Origin: Thermoflexales bacterium
Lineage (GTDB): Bacteria; Chloroflexota; Anaerolineae; Fen-1058
Length of the DNA stretch: 64,000 nt
Assembly: GCA_034434835.1 (NCBI GenBank)
Contig: DAOTXX010000019.1
Location: forward strand, 21,361-85,360
Direction: 5' to 3'
The position numbers were made by a program, and so were the translations under genes. Positions within the stretch are counted from its first letter, which is position 1. Every line of letters begins with the position of its first letter. Positions 1 through 9,207 of this stretch are shown in pieces. The notes under the pieces are model-generated. The model saw only the letters and a program-made list of their open reading frames with translations. It was not told the origin of the DNA and made no database searches.

Positions 1-980
1 CCGGCCAGGCTGGCCTGGTGGTGAATCACAACGTAGCGACGGTGGTCGCTCTTGCGCCAGCTTCACGGGTCGTCACAGCGGGCGATAGCGTGAACTATAC
101 CGTCGTCGCCACAGACACCTCGGGCAACTCGTGGGACGCGACCGGTACAGCAGCATACACCATCACGCCGGGGGCAGGCGGAACGTGGGCAGGGAACGTC
201 TATACGAGCCAAATCGCAGGAACGTGGACAGTTACGGCGACCGTAGGTGGCAAGTCGGGTAACGCCACCCTCTACGTGAACGCCGGTGCGCCGTTCGCCT
301 TGACGCTGCAGGCCAACCCCGCCACGCTGATGGCGAATGGAACCAGCACATCCACGATCACCGCACTGGTCGCCGACCAGTTCGGTAACCCGGTCGCCGA
401 TGGCACCAGCGTGAGCTTTGGCGCAACGCTCGGCACAGTCAGCACGCCGCACGTGACGACGAACGGCCGCGCTGTGGCGATCTTTACCGCGGGGACGCAG
501 GCTGGCACCGCCACCGTCACTGCCACAGCCAATGGTCGCAGCGGCAACGTCCAACTCATGCTGACGCAGGGATTGGTGGACCTCTCGCCTTCGGTCAAGC
601 GAGCCAGCGCGGCGACCTTTGCCTCGGGCGAGTTGTTGACCTATACCATCATCCTGACCAACTCGGGCAATTCGGTGGCAGCCAACCTCGTGGTGACCGA
701 TCCTATCCCGGTCGGAGCGACCTTTGTGCCCGGCTCGCTCAGCGGCAATGGCGCGACCTACAATACCAGCCAGAATCGCATCGAGTGGAATGGGACATTA
801 CAGCCTGGGGAATCGGCACAATTCGTTTACGCGATCACCGTCAGAACCCATCAAGTCATCACGATCACCAACAGGGCTTTTGTGAGTCTGGGCGGCGTGG
901 TGGATCGGATCCTCACCGTGGAGACGCAGGCGAGGCCCCGGTACATCTATTTGCCCGTCGTCATGCGCAACGTTCCATAG
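1..980 (+). CDS. 5'-partial secreted/cell-surface protein with Ig-like (Big_2-type) repeats and a DUF11 conserved-repeat domain; C-terminus ends YIYLPVVMRNVP
   Basis: The ORF is open to the window start with no upstream stop in frame. Repeated T/G-rich beta-strand modules are present (GTWTVTATVGGKSGNATLYVNAG; TATVTATANGRSGNVQLML). A DUF11-like segment reads LTYTIILTNSGNSVAANLVVTDPIPVGATFVPGS. A terminator hairpin follows. Confidence 0.6.
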   Translation, partial: GQAGLVVNHNVATVVALAPASRVVTAGDSVNYTVVATDTSGNSWDATGTAAYTITPGAGGTWAGNVYTSQIAGTWTVTATVGGKSGNATLYVNAGAPFALTLQANPATLMANGTSTSTITALVADQFGNPVADGTSVSFGATLGTVSTPHVTTNGRAVAIFTAGTQAGTATVTATANGRSGNVQLMLTQGLVDLSPSVKRASAATFASGELLTYTIILTNSGNSVAANLVVTDPIPVGATFVPGSLSGNGATYNTSQNRIEWNGTLQPGESAQFVYAITVRTHQVITITNRAFVSLGGVVDRILTVETQARPRYIYLPVVMRNVP

Positions 981-1004
981 CTCGTCCCCATCCTATGCAA
1001 TCTG

Positions 1005-1037
1005 GAGGCCGGCTTGATCCGGCCTCTGGTTTTTTTG
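1005..1037 (+). terminator. Rho-independent terminator-like hairpin (GAGGCCGG-cttgat-CCGGCCTC followed by TGGTTTTTTT)
   Basis: A perfect 8-bp GC stem plus a T-run lies directly after the stop of the first CDS. Confidence 0.5.
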
Positions 1038-1076
1038 GAGGGTATCTCCCATACAGCGTGGGTAAATCCCTACAAC

Positions 1077-1333
1077 CTGTCATTGTGAGAATCCCATACC
1101 CGTCGGCGGGCATGTTTAACGACAGAAACTGCTCGCGCCTGTGTGAGCGCGCTAAAAGCTGGCTTCAGCCAGCGCTGCTATGTAGACCGGCGATTCATCG
1201 CCGGTTGTACCTGCGGAAGGACGAGCGCAAGTTTCTGAGTAGCCGCCGAAGGCAGCGGCGCTGTGTTCTGCACGCAATCTCGTTTTTGCAATATGGAGAT
1301 TGCTTCGGGCGCTACGCGCCCTCGCAATGACAG
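1077..1333. repeat. MITE-like structured intergenic element bounded by imperfect inverted repeats CTGTCATTGTGAG ... CTCGCAATGACAG; interior is a string of perfect hairpins
   Basis: Terminal inverted repeats sit at about 1079-1091 and 1320-1332. Internal hairpins include GCTGGCttcaGCCAGC, ACCGGCGattcatCGCCGGT, GCAATCTCgtttttgcaatatgGAGATTGC and GGGCGCtacGCGCCC. The modules GAGATTGCTTCG and CTCGCAATGACAG are shared with the element at 6232-6380. Confidence 0.35.
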
Positions 1334-1452
1334 TGCCATCCACGTCAAGTGGAAAATACTCTTTTTTGATCGAGAATTGATCGCCATCATAGACGCGCAA
1401 CGCCAGACTGCTCCATCATCTGTGATATAATCCAATCAAAATTGGAGAGACG

Positions 1453-2229
1453 ATGCGAGTTCTGGTGACGAACGACGATGGCGTGGACGCGCCGGGACTG
1501 CTCGCGCTCAAGCGCGCGCTGGACGCGGTGGGCGAGACTCTGGTCGTCGCGCCGGAACACAACTGGTCAGCGGCCGGGCACCGCAAGACGATGCACAAGC
1601 CGCTGCGCCTGGCTCAGGCGCGGCTGGAGGATGGCTCGCTTGCCTATGCGGCCAGCGGCAGTCCATCGGATTGCGTCGCGCTGGTCATGCTGGGCGCGCT
1701 CCAGGTCAAGCCCGATCTGGTCGTCTCTGGCATCAACCCCAATCCCAACCTCGGCCAGGACATGACCTATTCCGGCACGGTGACGGCGGCGATGGAAGGG
1801 ACGATCAGCGGGGTCCCCTCGTTTGCTGTTTCGACCGATACGCGCGAAGCCAAAAAACGCGGCGTTGCAGAGCCTTTCACGCTCGCCGCCGATTTTGCTG
1901 CCGTCGTCGCGCGCAAGATCATGGCGGAGGGATTGCCGCCCGGCGTGCTGCTCAACGTGAATGTGCCCGGCGTGGCGAAGGAGAACCTCCGAGGCGTGCG
2001 CGTCACCCGCATGTGCCGCCGCATCTATCGTGATGAATTGGTCGAGCGCGCCGACCCGCGCGGCAGGCCGTACTATTGGATCGGCGGCGAAGAGCCGACG
2101 GCCGAGCCGGACGCAGGCACCGACTTTTGGGCGCTCGAAAACGGTTTTATCTCGGTCACACCGCTGCACCTCGATCTGACTGCCTATCCACAGATGGAAC
2201 TTGTAGCAGGCTGGGCGCTCCGACTGTAA
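1453..2229 (+). CDS. surE: 5'/3'-nucleotidase SurE
   Basis: The N-terminus MRVLVTNDDGVDAPGLLAL is the canonical SurE DDG motif. The size is 258 aa. Confidence 0.9.
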   Translation: MRVLVTNDDGVDAPGLLALKRALDAVGETLVVAPEHNWSAAGHRKTMHKPLRLAQARLEDGSLAYAASGSPSDCVALVMLGALQVKPDLVVSGINPNPNLGQDMTYSGTVTAAMEGTISGVPSFAVSTDTREAKKRGVAEPFTLAADFAAVVARKIMAEGLPPGVLLNVNVPGVAKENLRGVRVTRMCRRIYRDELVERADPRGRPYYWIGGEEPTAEPDAGTDFWALENGFISVTPLHLDLTAYPQMELVAGWALRL

Positions 2230-2251
2230 ATACCCAAGACCCAATACCTTT

Positions 2252-3460
2252 ATGCAACAGATGAATTTATTCTCCGCACCCGAACCCATGACCGTCAGCG
2301 ACCTCACGCGGTACATCCGCGAGATGTTTGAGGTGGACTATCGCCTGCAAGACGTGTGGGTCGAAGGCGAGGTCTCTGGCCTCACCCGCCATACCTCGGG
2401 CCACATTTACTTTACGCTCAAAGACGCCTCGGCGCAGATCGCGTGCGTGATGTGGAAGAATGTGGCGTGGACGTTTGGCGATCTGCTTTCGCATGGCGGT
2501 CAGATCGTAGCGCACGGCAAGGTGAGCGTCTATGAGACGCGCGGGCAGTACCAACTCTATGTGGACCGCGTCCAGCCCAAAGGCCTGGGCGACCTGCACG
2601 CGCAGTTCGAGCTGCTCAAGGCCAAACTCCAGGCCGAGGGGCTTTTTGCGCCAGAGCGCAAGCGGCCCCTGCCAGAATTCCCCCATCGCATCGGACTGGT
2701 CACCTCGCCCACTGGCGCGGTCATCCGCGACATTTGCAACATCCTCTCGCGGCGCTGGCCGCTGGTTGAGGTGTTGCTGGCGCCGACCCAAGTCCAGGGC
2801 GACGACGCACCGCCACAAATCGTCGCCGCGCTCGATACGCTGTATCGCCGGGATGATCTCGATCTGATCATCGTCGCGCGTGGAGGTGGCTCGCTAGAAG
2901 ATTTGTGGGCGTTCAACGACGAGCGTGTGGCGCGCCAGATCGCCCAATCGCCGGTACCGGTGGTGAGCGGCGTGGGCCACGAGGTAGATTTCACCATCGC
3001 CGATTTCGTCGCCGACCTGCGCGCCCCCACGCCTTCCGCCGCAGCCGAACTGGTCACCCCCGACCGTATGGAACTGAAGGCCCAAGTGGACGTGCTGCGC
3101 TCCAAATTGGTCTCGGCTATCCAGGACGATCTGCGCGACCGGCGCGCGGCCGTTCAATCCCAGGCGCGCGCCTTGGCTCATCTTTCGCCCCAGCAGCAGC
3201 TTGCCAACTTGCGCCAGCGTGCGGATGACCTGATCTCCCAAGCCACCTCGTCGGTCGCGCATCTGTTGCAACTGCGCCGCGCCCGCCTGACCGGCGCTCT
3301 GGCGCGGCTGGACGCGCTCAATCCACTGGCCGTCTTGCAGCGCGGCTATGCCGTCGTCCGGCGTGAAGGCCAACTGGTGCACAGCGTCTCCCAGGTGTCG
3401 CCCGGCGATCGGCTGTCCGTTCACGTCTCGGACGGAGATTTTGAGGCGACGGTGTCGTGA
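2252..3460 (+). CDS. xseA: Exodeoxyribonuclease VII large subunit
   Basis: An OB-fold N-terminus is followed by the XseA catalytic region (402 aa). The xseB gene follows immediately. Confidence 0.88.
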   Translation: MQQMNLFSAPEPMTVSDLTRYIREMFEVDYRLQDVWVEGEVSGLTRHTSGHIYFTLKDASAQIACVMWKNVAWTFGDLLSHGGQIVAHGKVSVYETRGQYQLYVDRVQPKGLGDLHAQFELLKAKLQAEGLFAPERKRPLPEFPHRIGLVTSPTGAVIRDICNILSRRWPLVEVLLAPTQVQGDDAPPQIVAALDTLYRRDDLDLIIVARGGGSLEDLWAFNDERVARQIAQSPVPVVSGVGHEVDFTIADFVADLRAPTPSAAAELVTPDRMELKAQVDVLRSKLVSAIQDDLRDRRAAVQSQARALAHLSPQQQLANLRQRADDLISQATSSVAHLLQLRRARLTGALARLDALNPLAVLQRGYAVVRREGQLVHSVSQVSPGDRLSVHVSDGDFEATVS

Positions 3461-3499
3461 GGCGCGACGGAACACGCAGTACGGAATACGGAGCAGGAC

Positions 3500-3739
3500 A
3501 TGAAGAAACAATCCAAGCCTGAAGAGATGACCTTTGAATCCGCCTTTGCTCAGCTCGAGGAAATCGTCGGCAAGCTGGAGGCGGGCGACCTGGCCCTCGA
3601 CGAGGCACTGGCGCTCTACGAGCAAGGACAAAAACTGGCTGCCTTTTGCAGTGCCCAGTTAGATCAGGCCGAGCTAAAGGTACAACAGCTTTCGGCCTCT
3701 GGCGCGGTCGAACCGTTTGATGTGAGCGAGGCGCATTGA
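3500..3739 (+). CDS. xseB: Exodeoxyribonuclease VII small subunit
   Basis: This is a 79-aa helical protein containing FEEALAQLEEIVGKLE-like XseB signature, located downstream of xseA. Confidence 0.85.
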   Translation: MKKQSKPEEMTFESAFAQLEEIVGKLEAGDLALDEALALYEQGQKLAAFCSAQLDQAELKVQQLSASGAVEPFDVSEAH

Positions 3740-4197
3740 TGACGGCGTTGGCCGGGCTGCTTTCGAACCAGGTGCTCATCGCCGCGCTGACGTGGTGGGC
3801 CGTCGCGCAACTGCTCAAGGTCCCCATTCACTACGCCGTCCACCGCAGGATAGACCTGCGGTTGTGGGTCAGCGCGGGCGGGATGCCCAGCTCGCACTCG
3901 TCGCTGGTCTGCGCGCTGGCGACGGGTGTCGCGCTCACCGATGGCCTGACCTCGCCCACCTTTGCGATCTGCGTGGCATTGGCAATGATCGTCATGTACG
4001 ACGCAGCCGGCGTCCGCCAGGCCGCCGGCAAGCAAGCTGCCATCCTCAATCAGATCATTGATGAGCTGTTCCAGGGACATCCGATCAGCGAGCAGCGGCT
4101 CAAGGAACTGCTCGGCCACACGCGCTTCCAGGTGATCGTCGGCGCGCTGATGGGTATTTTGGGCACGCTGCTCATGTGGGAATTGTGGCGACTGTAG
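3736..4197 (+). CDS. Divergent PAP2 (DUF212) family membrane protein
   Basis: The GGMPSSHS motif and hydrophobic helices are present. A 4-bp overlap with xseB suggests translational coupling. Confidence 0.75.
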   Translation: MMTALAGLLSNQVLIAALTWWAVAQLLKVPIHYAVHRRIDLRLWVSAGGMPSSHSSLVCALATGVALTDGLTSPTFAICVALAMIVMYDAAGVRQAAGKQAAILNQIIDELFQGHPISEQRLKELLGHTRFQVIVGALMGILGTLLMWELWRL

Positions 4198-4320
4198 AGC
4201 GCGCTTTCTGCAACAAGCCTGGGCAGCGAAACCGGTTGACTGATCATCAAGAGGCAAGGTATAATGGCTTGCATCAGGCTGAGGAGAACTGGGTATCACG
4301 AGTATCGGTTTGGAGGAGAG

Positions 4321-6084
4321 ATGACAACAGATAATGATCTCGTCGTTCGCATTGGCGGCGACAGCGCAGCGGGCGGCATCGTCACCACAGGTGAGGTGTT
4401 CGCCCGTATTGCTGCATACGTTGGACTGGAAATTTACACCACCCGCACCATCCCCGCGGAAATCAAGGGCGGTCACGTCATGTTCCAGGTGCGCGCCGCC
4501 GATCATCCGGTCCACAGTCAGGGCGATGAGTTGGATTTGCTCGTGGCATATGACCAGGAATCATACGATCGCTATTTCAAGCTGCTCAAGCCAGGCGGTA
4601 TCTTTGTATACAACAGCAATGACCTGACCCTGCCCCTCAGCAGCCAAGCCAGAATATACGGCATTCCACTCAACGAACTCGCACGCCAGATTGATTTCAC
4701 GCGCGGGCGCAACATCATTCTGATCGGCGCGCTGGTCAAGCTGTTCGACTTGCCGTACGACCGCGCGGTCCAAGTCGTCCACAAGCAGCTGGGGCGCAAA
4801 AAAGAAATGCTGGAGCAGAACCTCACCGCGCTCCAGGCCGGCTACCGCTGGGTCGAGGAAAACATTGGACTGGAATCGCCCTTTCATCTGCGCGGCAGGC
4901 CGCGCGAAAATGATGAGCGGTTGATCATCTCGGGCAATCAGGCCCTCGCCATCGGCGCGATCGCCGCCGGCTGTCGCTTTTATGCGGGCTACCCGATCAC
5001 GCCCGCGTCGGACATTATGGAGTTCCTGGCCGCCGAGTTCCCCAAGATCGGCGGGACGATGATCCAGGCCGAAGACGAGATCGCTGCGATCGGTATGGCG
5101 CTGGGCGCGTCGTTCACAGGCGCGCGTGCGATGACCGCGACGAGCGGCCCGGGCCTCGCGCTCATGGTCGAGATGATCGGCCACGCCTCGATGACCGAGA
5201 CGCCCGTCGTCATCGTGGACGTTCAACGCGCCGGGCCTTCGACTGGGATGCCGACCAAAGTCAGCCAGGGCGATTTGCGGCTGGCCGTCTTTGGCGGCAA
5301 CGACGACGCGCCGCGTTTTGTCGTCGCGCCGGTCAGTGTGGAGGACTGCTTTTATCAGATCGTCAACGCGTTCAATCTGGCCGAGAAATACCAGACGCCG
5401 GTGCTGTTCCTTTCCGACCAGGACATGAGCGTGCGCGTGCAGACGATCCCGCCGTTCGACCTTTCAAAGGTGAAGCACGAGCCGCGCCTGCTGTGGAACC
5501 CGCACGGCGATGGACCAAGTCAATACGAAAGGTACCAGGACACCCCCAGCGGCGTCAGCCCGATGAGCGTACCAGGCATGTCCGGCGGTCAATACACCGC
5601 CGAGGGCCTGGAGCATTATGCGTCTGGCGCGCCGGGCTATGACCCCGAATTGCACCGCACTAACATGGACAAGCGTTATCGCAAGCTCGAAAGCGCCCTG
5701 CCCGACATCGAAGCCTGGGGCATGTATGAGCAGTTCGGCGACGACGAGGCCGCGCTGGGCATCATCGGCTGGGGCAGCACGATCGGCCCGGTGCGCGAGG
5801 CGGTGGCGCGCGCCAAGGAAAACGGGATCCCGGTCGCCGTGTTCTACCCCAAGGCGCTGTTCCCCTTGCCGGATGCCAGGCTCAAGGCGTTCCTGGAAAA
5901 GCGGCAGGCTGTCATCGTGCCGGAGATGAATTACACCGGCCAGTTCGCGGGGATGCTCCGCGCTCGCGCGCAAAGCTATGGCATCGAGCGGCCGATCGTC
6001 AAGCTGAACCAGTATGGCGGCGTGCCGCTCTCGACGCGCGAGGTTTACGAGCAGATCGTGGCGGTTCACGAGACGCTCGAGTGA
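4321..6084 (+). CDS. korA: 2-oxoacid:ferredoxin oxidoreductase, alpha (fused alpha/gamma-type) subunit
   Basis: Start is trimmed to the ATG at 4321, which is preceded by a GGAGGAGAG RBS. The protein shows pyruvate/2-oxoglutarate:Fd oxidoreductase domain I/III similarity, and the TPP-binding beta subunit follows. Confidence 0.82.
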   Translation: MTTDNDLVVRIGGDSAAGGIVTTGEVFARIAAYVGLEIYTTRTIPAEIKGGHVMFQVRAADHPVHSQGDELDLLVAYDQESYDRYFKLLKPGGIFVYNSNDLTLPLSSQARIYGIPLNELARQIDFTRGRNIILIGALVKLFDLPYDRAVQVVHKQLGRKKEMLEQNLTALQAGYRWVEENIGLESPFHLRGRPRENDERLIISGNQALAIGAIAAGCRFYAGYPITPASDIMEFLAAEFPKIGGTMIQAEDEIAAIGMALGASFTGARAMTATSGPGLALMVEMIGHASMTETPVVIVDVQRAGPSTGMPTKVSQGDLRLAVFGGNDDAPRFVVAPVSVEDCFYQIVNAFNLAEKYQTPVLFLSDQDMSVRVQTIPPFDLSKVKHEPRLLWNPHGDGPSQYERYQDTPSGVSPMSVPGMSGGQYTAEGLEHYASGAPGYDPELHRTNMDKRYRKLESALPDIEAWGMYEQFGDDEAALGIIGWGSTIGPVREAVARAKENGIPVAVFYPKALFPLPDARLKAFLEKRQAVIVPEMNYTGQFAGMLRARAQSYGIERPIVKLNQYGGVPLSTREVYEQIVAVHETLE

Positions 6085-6231
6085 TTCGTGTTGCGTGTTC
6101 CGTGTTATACCCAACGCGGGCACAAATTGCGCTTTTCTCCTGTCAACGAATATTGAACGAATAAACGAATAGGCCCGCTGGCCGCGCTCAGTATACGTTT
6201 CCAACGCAAACGGACGGAATACGCAATACGA

Positions 6232-6380
6232 AAGTAACTACTCAGCCGTCATTGCGAGGAGGCCCGCGAAGCGGGCCGACGAAGCCATCTCACAGCAATC
6301 GGAGTACAGAGATTGCTTCGTCTGCCTTCGGCAGGCTCGCAATGACAGCCTGTGCGGTAGACTGGGCTGAGTAGTTACAT
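6232..6380. repeat. Nested-palindrome element related to 1077-1333 (TIR-like GTCATTGCGAGG / CCTCGCAATGAC; internal GGCCCGCGAAGCGGGCC hairpin; GAGATTGCTTCG module)
   Basis: The outer pair is GTAACTACTCAGCCGTCATTGCGAGG ... CCTCGCAATGACAGCC..GGCTGAGTAGTTAC. Perfect internal hairpins are present. The whole element lies in the korA-korB intergenic region. Confidence 0.4.
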
Positions 6381-6439
6381 ACGAAATACGTTTGTAGGTG
6401 ATGGGGTAAGATTGAGTCAGAGGTTTACAGGAGGAATAA

Positions 6440-7306
6440 ATGAGCACCGTGACGATTGAAGCCGCGCCGGTCAAATACACGGCGGCGGATTACAAGAGCG
6501 AGGTCAAACCGATCTGGTGCCCCGGCTGCGGGGATTTTGGGGTGCTTTCAGCGTTCTACAAGGCGCTGGCCGATCTGAACATGGACCCGGCCAACGCGGT
6601 GATCGTTTCGGGCATCGGTTGTTCAGGACGCTTTCCGGCGTTCGTCGAGGCGTATGGCTTTCACGGTGTGCATGGCCGCGCCTTGCCGCTGGCGACCGGC
6701 GTCAAGATGGCGCGGCCCGAGTTGACCGTCGTGACGGTGAGCGGCGATGGCGATGCGTTCTCCATCGGTGCAGGACACCTCCCGCACGCGGCGCGCCGCA
6801 ACGTGGACCTGTGTTACATCGTGATGGATAACGAGATTTACGGTCTGACCAAAGGGCAGCCTTCGCCCACCAGCCCACACGGCATGGAAAAGAAAGCCTC
6901 GCCTTACGGCAGCCCCGATACGCCGATCAATCCGATCTTGATGGCGATTGCGTATGGGGCGACGTTTGTCGCGCGCGGCTTTTCGTCCAAGCCCAAAGAA
7001 GTGACCGAGCTGATCAAGCGAGGGATCCTCCACAAAGGCTTTGCTCTCATCCAGGTCTACAGCCCGTGCGTCACGTTCAACGATACCTTTGATCACTTTC
7101 GCCAGGTCACCGCGCCCCTGCCGGCCGACCACGACCCGACCAACAGGATGATGGCGATAGAGCGCGCGATGTCGCTTGACCCACTGTACCTGGGCGTCTT
7201 TTACACCGAAGAGCGTCCCACCTACGATCAACAAATGGCCCAACTGCGCGAAAAAGCAGGGGGAGAATTCTCGTTAGAGAAGCTGATCGAAAAATACCGC
7301 ACGTAA
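6440..7306 (+). CDS. korB: 2-oxoacid:ferredoxin oxidoreductase, beta (TPP-binding) subunit
   Basis: The N-terminus carries CPGCGDFG near the N-terminus, and the GDG TPP motif is present (VSGDGDAFSIG). The RBS is GGAGGAATAA. Confidence 0.85.
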   Translation: MSTVTIEAAPVKYTAADYKSEVKPIWCPGCGDFGVLSAFYKALADLNMDPANAVIVSGIGCSGRFPAFVEAYGFHGVHGRALPLATGVKMARPELTVVTVSGDGDAFSIGAGHLPHAARRNVDLCYIVMDNEIYGLTKGQPSPTSPHGMEKKASPYGSPDTPINPILMAIAYGATFVARGFSSKPKEVTELIKRGILHKGFALIQVYSPCVTFNDTFDHFRQVTAPLPADHDPTNRMMAIERAMSLDPLYLGVFYTEERPTYDQQMAQLREKAGGEFSLEKLIEKYRT

Positions 7307-7307
7307 A

Positions 7308-7343
7308 CCAGCAGGCGTCAAACTTCAAACTGCTGGCTTTTAT
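7308..7343 (+). terminator. Rho-independent terminator after korB (CCAGCAG-...-CTGCTGG + CTTTTAT)
   Basis: A 7-bp stem with a 15-nt loop containing caaacttcaaa is followed by a T-rich tract. Confidence 0.5.
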
Positions 7344-7545
7344 CCGTTTCCTCAAGATCGGCCTGACCGATCAACAAACTATCGAGCGGCGGTTCGACGA
7401 TGCTCTGGCCCGCGCGCGCCTGATTGCTGCAGAGCGTGGCATCACTGAACAGGATATTGCTGAGGAAATTCAAGCGGTCAGGGCTGGACAGTGAAGCGTG
7501 TCGTCATAGAGAGCCATGTGATCCTGTCCGCAGCAACGAAGGAAC

Positions 7546-8037
7546 ATGACCAAACAAGAGTTGCTCCAGACCATTCAAAAGGAACGCGAGGCATTTGAGG
7601 CCGCGTTCGCCGGGCTGACGCCGGAACAGATGACCGCGCCAGGCGTGATGGGCGAATGGTCGGTCAAAGACATTCTCGGCCACATTGCGATGTGGGAATC
7701 GCAACTGGTCACGACGCTGTACGCCCTCGAGCGCGGCGTCGTGCCCAGGCTGCCGCGCTCGTCCGAGGTGGACGCGATCAATGCCCAATCCTACGCCGAA
7801 CAGCGCGAGCGCCCGCTGGATCGAGTGCTGGCCGACTTTTACGCCGTTCACGCCCAGTTGCTCAAGCGTTTGAACACCCTGCCAGAGCGCGATCTGACCG
7901 ATCCCAAACGCTGGCAGTGGATGGAAGGCGAGCCGCTTTTGAAGCTGGTGGCCGGTGATACCTTTGAGCATTACGCCGAACATCGCCCGGCCATCGAAGC
8001 CTGGCGCGCCAAACTCTCCAGTCAAGGGAGTCTGTGA
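7546..8037 (+). CDS. DinB/YfiT-like (DinB_2) metal-dependent hydrolase family protein
   Basis: The four-helix-bundle His motif reads EWSVKDILGHIAMWE and FEHYAEH. Confidence 0.7.
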   Translation: MTKQELLQTIQKEREAFEAAFAGLTPEQMTAPGVMGEWSVKDILGHIAMWESQLVTTLYALERGVVPRLPRSSEVDAINAQSYAEQRERPLDRVLADFYAVHAQLLKRLNTLPERDLTDPKRWQWMEGEPLLKLVAGDTFEHYAEHRPAIEAWRAKLSSQGSL

Positions 8038-8303
8038 TGTTCAGACCGATCACCCCGGATCGCCCCGGCATGACACTCGTCCACCGCGCGGCAGGATTGC
8101 TGCGGGCCGAGGTGATCAAGGCGCAACTGGAAAACGCCGGCATCCCGGTCCTGTTGGATTACGAAAGCGCGGGGCGAGTGTATGGGATCACCATAGATGG
8201 CCTGGGCGAAGTCCGCATCTTTGTGCCGAATGAACACGCGGAAGACGCCAGGCGACTGCTGGAATCGAACAGCCAAGTCAGTCCATCAGTGGACGAGGCC
8301 TAA
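8034..8303 (+). CDS. DUF2007-like small protein (putative signal-transducing protein)
   Basis: It is 89 aa with a GTG start that overlaps the preceding stop (GTGATG). A DUF2007-like pattern (conserved EA..IKAQLEsAGIP and D..RLLE) is present. Confidence 0.5.
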   Translation: MMFRPITPDRPGMTLVHRAAGLLRAEVIKAQLENAGIPVLLDYESAGRVYGITIDGLGEVRIFVPNEHAEDARRLLESNSQVSPSVDEA

Positions 8304-8312
8304 GGAGTCACT

Positions 8313-9167
8313 ATGACCACTCAATCGAGAATTCGCATCGTCACCGACACGACGGCCGTGCTGCCGCGCGATTACGTCCAGGCGCATCATGTCGAAAACG
8401 TGCCGCAGATCATCCTCTTTGGCGAAGAGAGCTTTCAGGAAGAGTACGAGCTTTCGTACGCCGATTTCATCCGTCGCCTGAGATCTTTATCGCAGTTACC
8501 CAAGACGGCGGCGCCGCCACCCGGCCTGCTGATCGAAGCCTACCGGCGGCAGTTGGCTGAGGCCGATACCGTCCTTTCGATCCATCCCTCCACCGAAGTG
8601 AGCGGCACCGTCCAATGCGCGATCACGGCCAAAGAGCAGGCCTTTCCCAACGCCGACATCCGCATCCTCGATACGCGCACGATCGGCTCCAACCTGGCGG
8701 CGATGGTGATGGACGCCGTCGAGTGGGCTGAAGGCGGCGTTTCTGCGGATGAGATCGTGAGTCGCCTGCAGGCCATGATCCCGCGCGGGCGGATTTATTT
8801 TTTGGTCGCCACGCTCGAGTATCTGCAAAAAGGTGGGCGCATCGGCGGCGCGCAGGCGCTCATCGGCAGCGTGCTTCAGATCAAGCCGATCCTCCAAATT
8901 CAGAATGGCCGCGTCGAGCCGCTGGAAAGAGTGCGGACGCATCATCACGCCATCGAGCGGCTCAAAGAATTAGTGTACGAGCAATGTCCTCGCACGCCGG
9001 GGGCACACCTGGCGGTGATGAACGCCGATGAGGTGAAGCTGGCGCAAACGCTGGCGCGCGAATTTGAAGCCAGGCTGGGGCTTGAGCGCGTCCCGGTCTA
9101 TAACGTCGGCGCGTCCATCACGACGCACGGCGGGCCGGGGATCATCGGAGTGGGATTCTTTGTATAG
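8313..9167 (+). CDS. degV: DegV family fatty-acid-binding protein
   Basis: The N-terminus reads RIVTDTTAVLP and DegV-wide similarity runs the length of the protein, which is 284 aa. Confidence 0.85.
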   Translation: MTTQSRIRIVTDTTAVLPRDYVQAHHVENVPQIILFGEESFQEEYELSYADFIRRLRSLSQLPKTAAPPPGLLIEAYRRQLAEADTVLSIHPSTEVSGTVQCAITAKEQAFPNADIRILDTRTIGSNLAAMVMDAVEWAEGGVSADEIVSRLQAMIPRGRIYFLVATLEYLQKGGRIGGAQALIGSVLQIKPILQIQNGRVEPLERVRTHHHAIERLKELVYEQCPRTPGAHLAVMNADEVKLAQTLAREFEARLGLERVPVYNVGASITTHGGPGIIGVGFFV

Positions 9168-9203
9168 GAAACCCGAAGGGTCTCGCAGACCCTTCGGGTT
9201 TTT
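9168..9203. terminator. Bidirectional Rho-independent terminator (AAACCCGAAGGGTC-tcgca-GACCCTTCGGGTTTTTT)
   Basis: A perfect 14-bp stem flanked by A/T runs lies between convergent degV (+) and the DUF350 gene (-). Confidence 0.7.
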
Positions 9204-9207
9204 TGGA

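Noticed and set aside
63-554. Antisense ORFs of 100-560 aa overlapping most real genes (e.g. 63..554-, 1567..2316-, 12204..13145+, 21888..23192+, 22289..22984-, 48245..49339-, 52468..53277-)
   Set aside because: These are typical shadow ORFs of a high-GC genome. They have Arg/Gly/Ala/Pro-rich, low-complexity translations and no motifs. They lie opposite ORFs with clear family signatures and RBSs.
7201-7494. An open frame ending ...QTIERRFDDALARARLIAAERGITEQDIAEEIQAVRAGQ* between korB and the DinB-like gene, which looks like the C-terminus of a small helical (antitoxin-like) protein
   Set aside because: There is no ATG, GTG or TTG start downstream of the korB terminator hairpin. The frame overlaps the korB 3' end and the terminator. 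It may be a gene remnant, and is not called.
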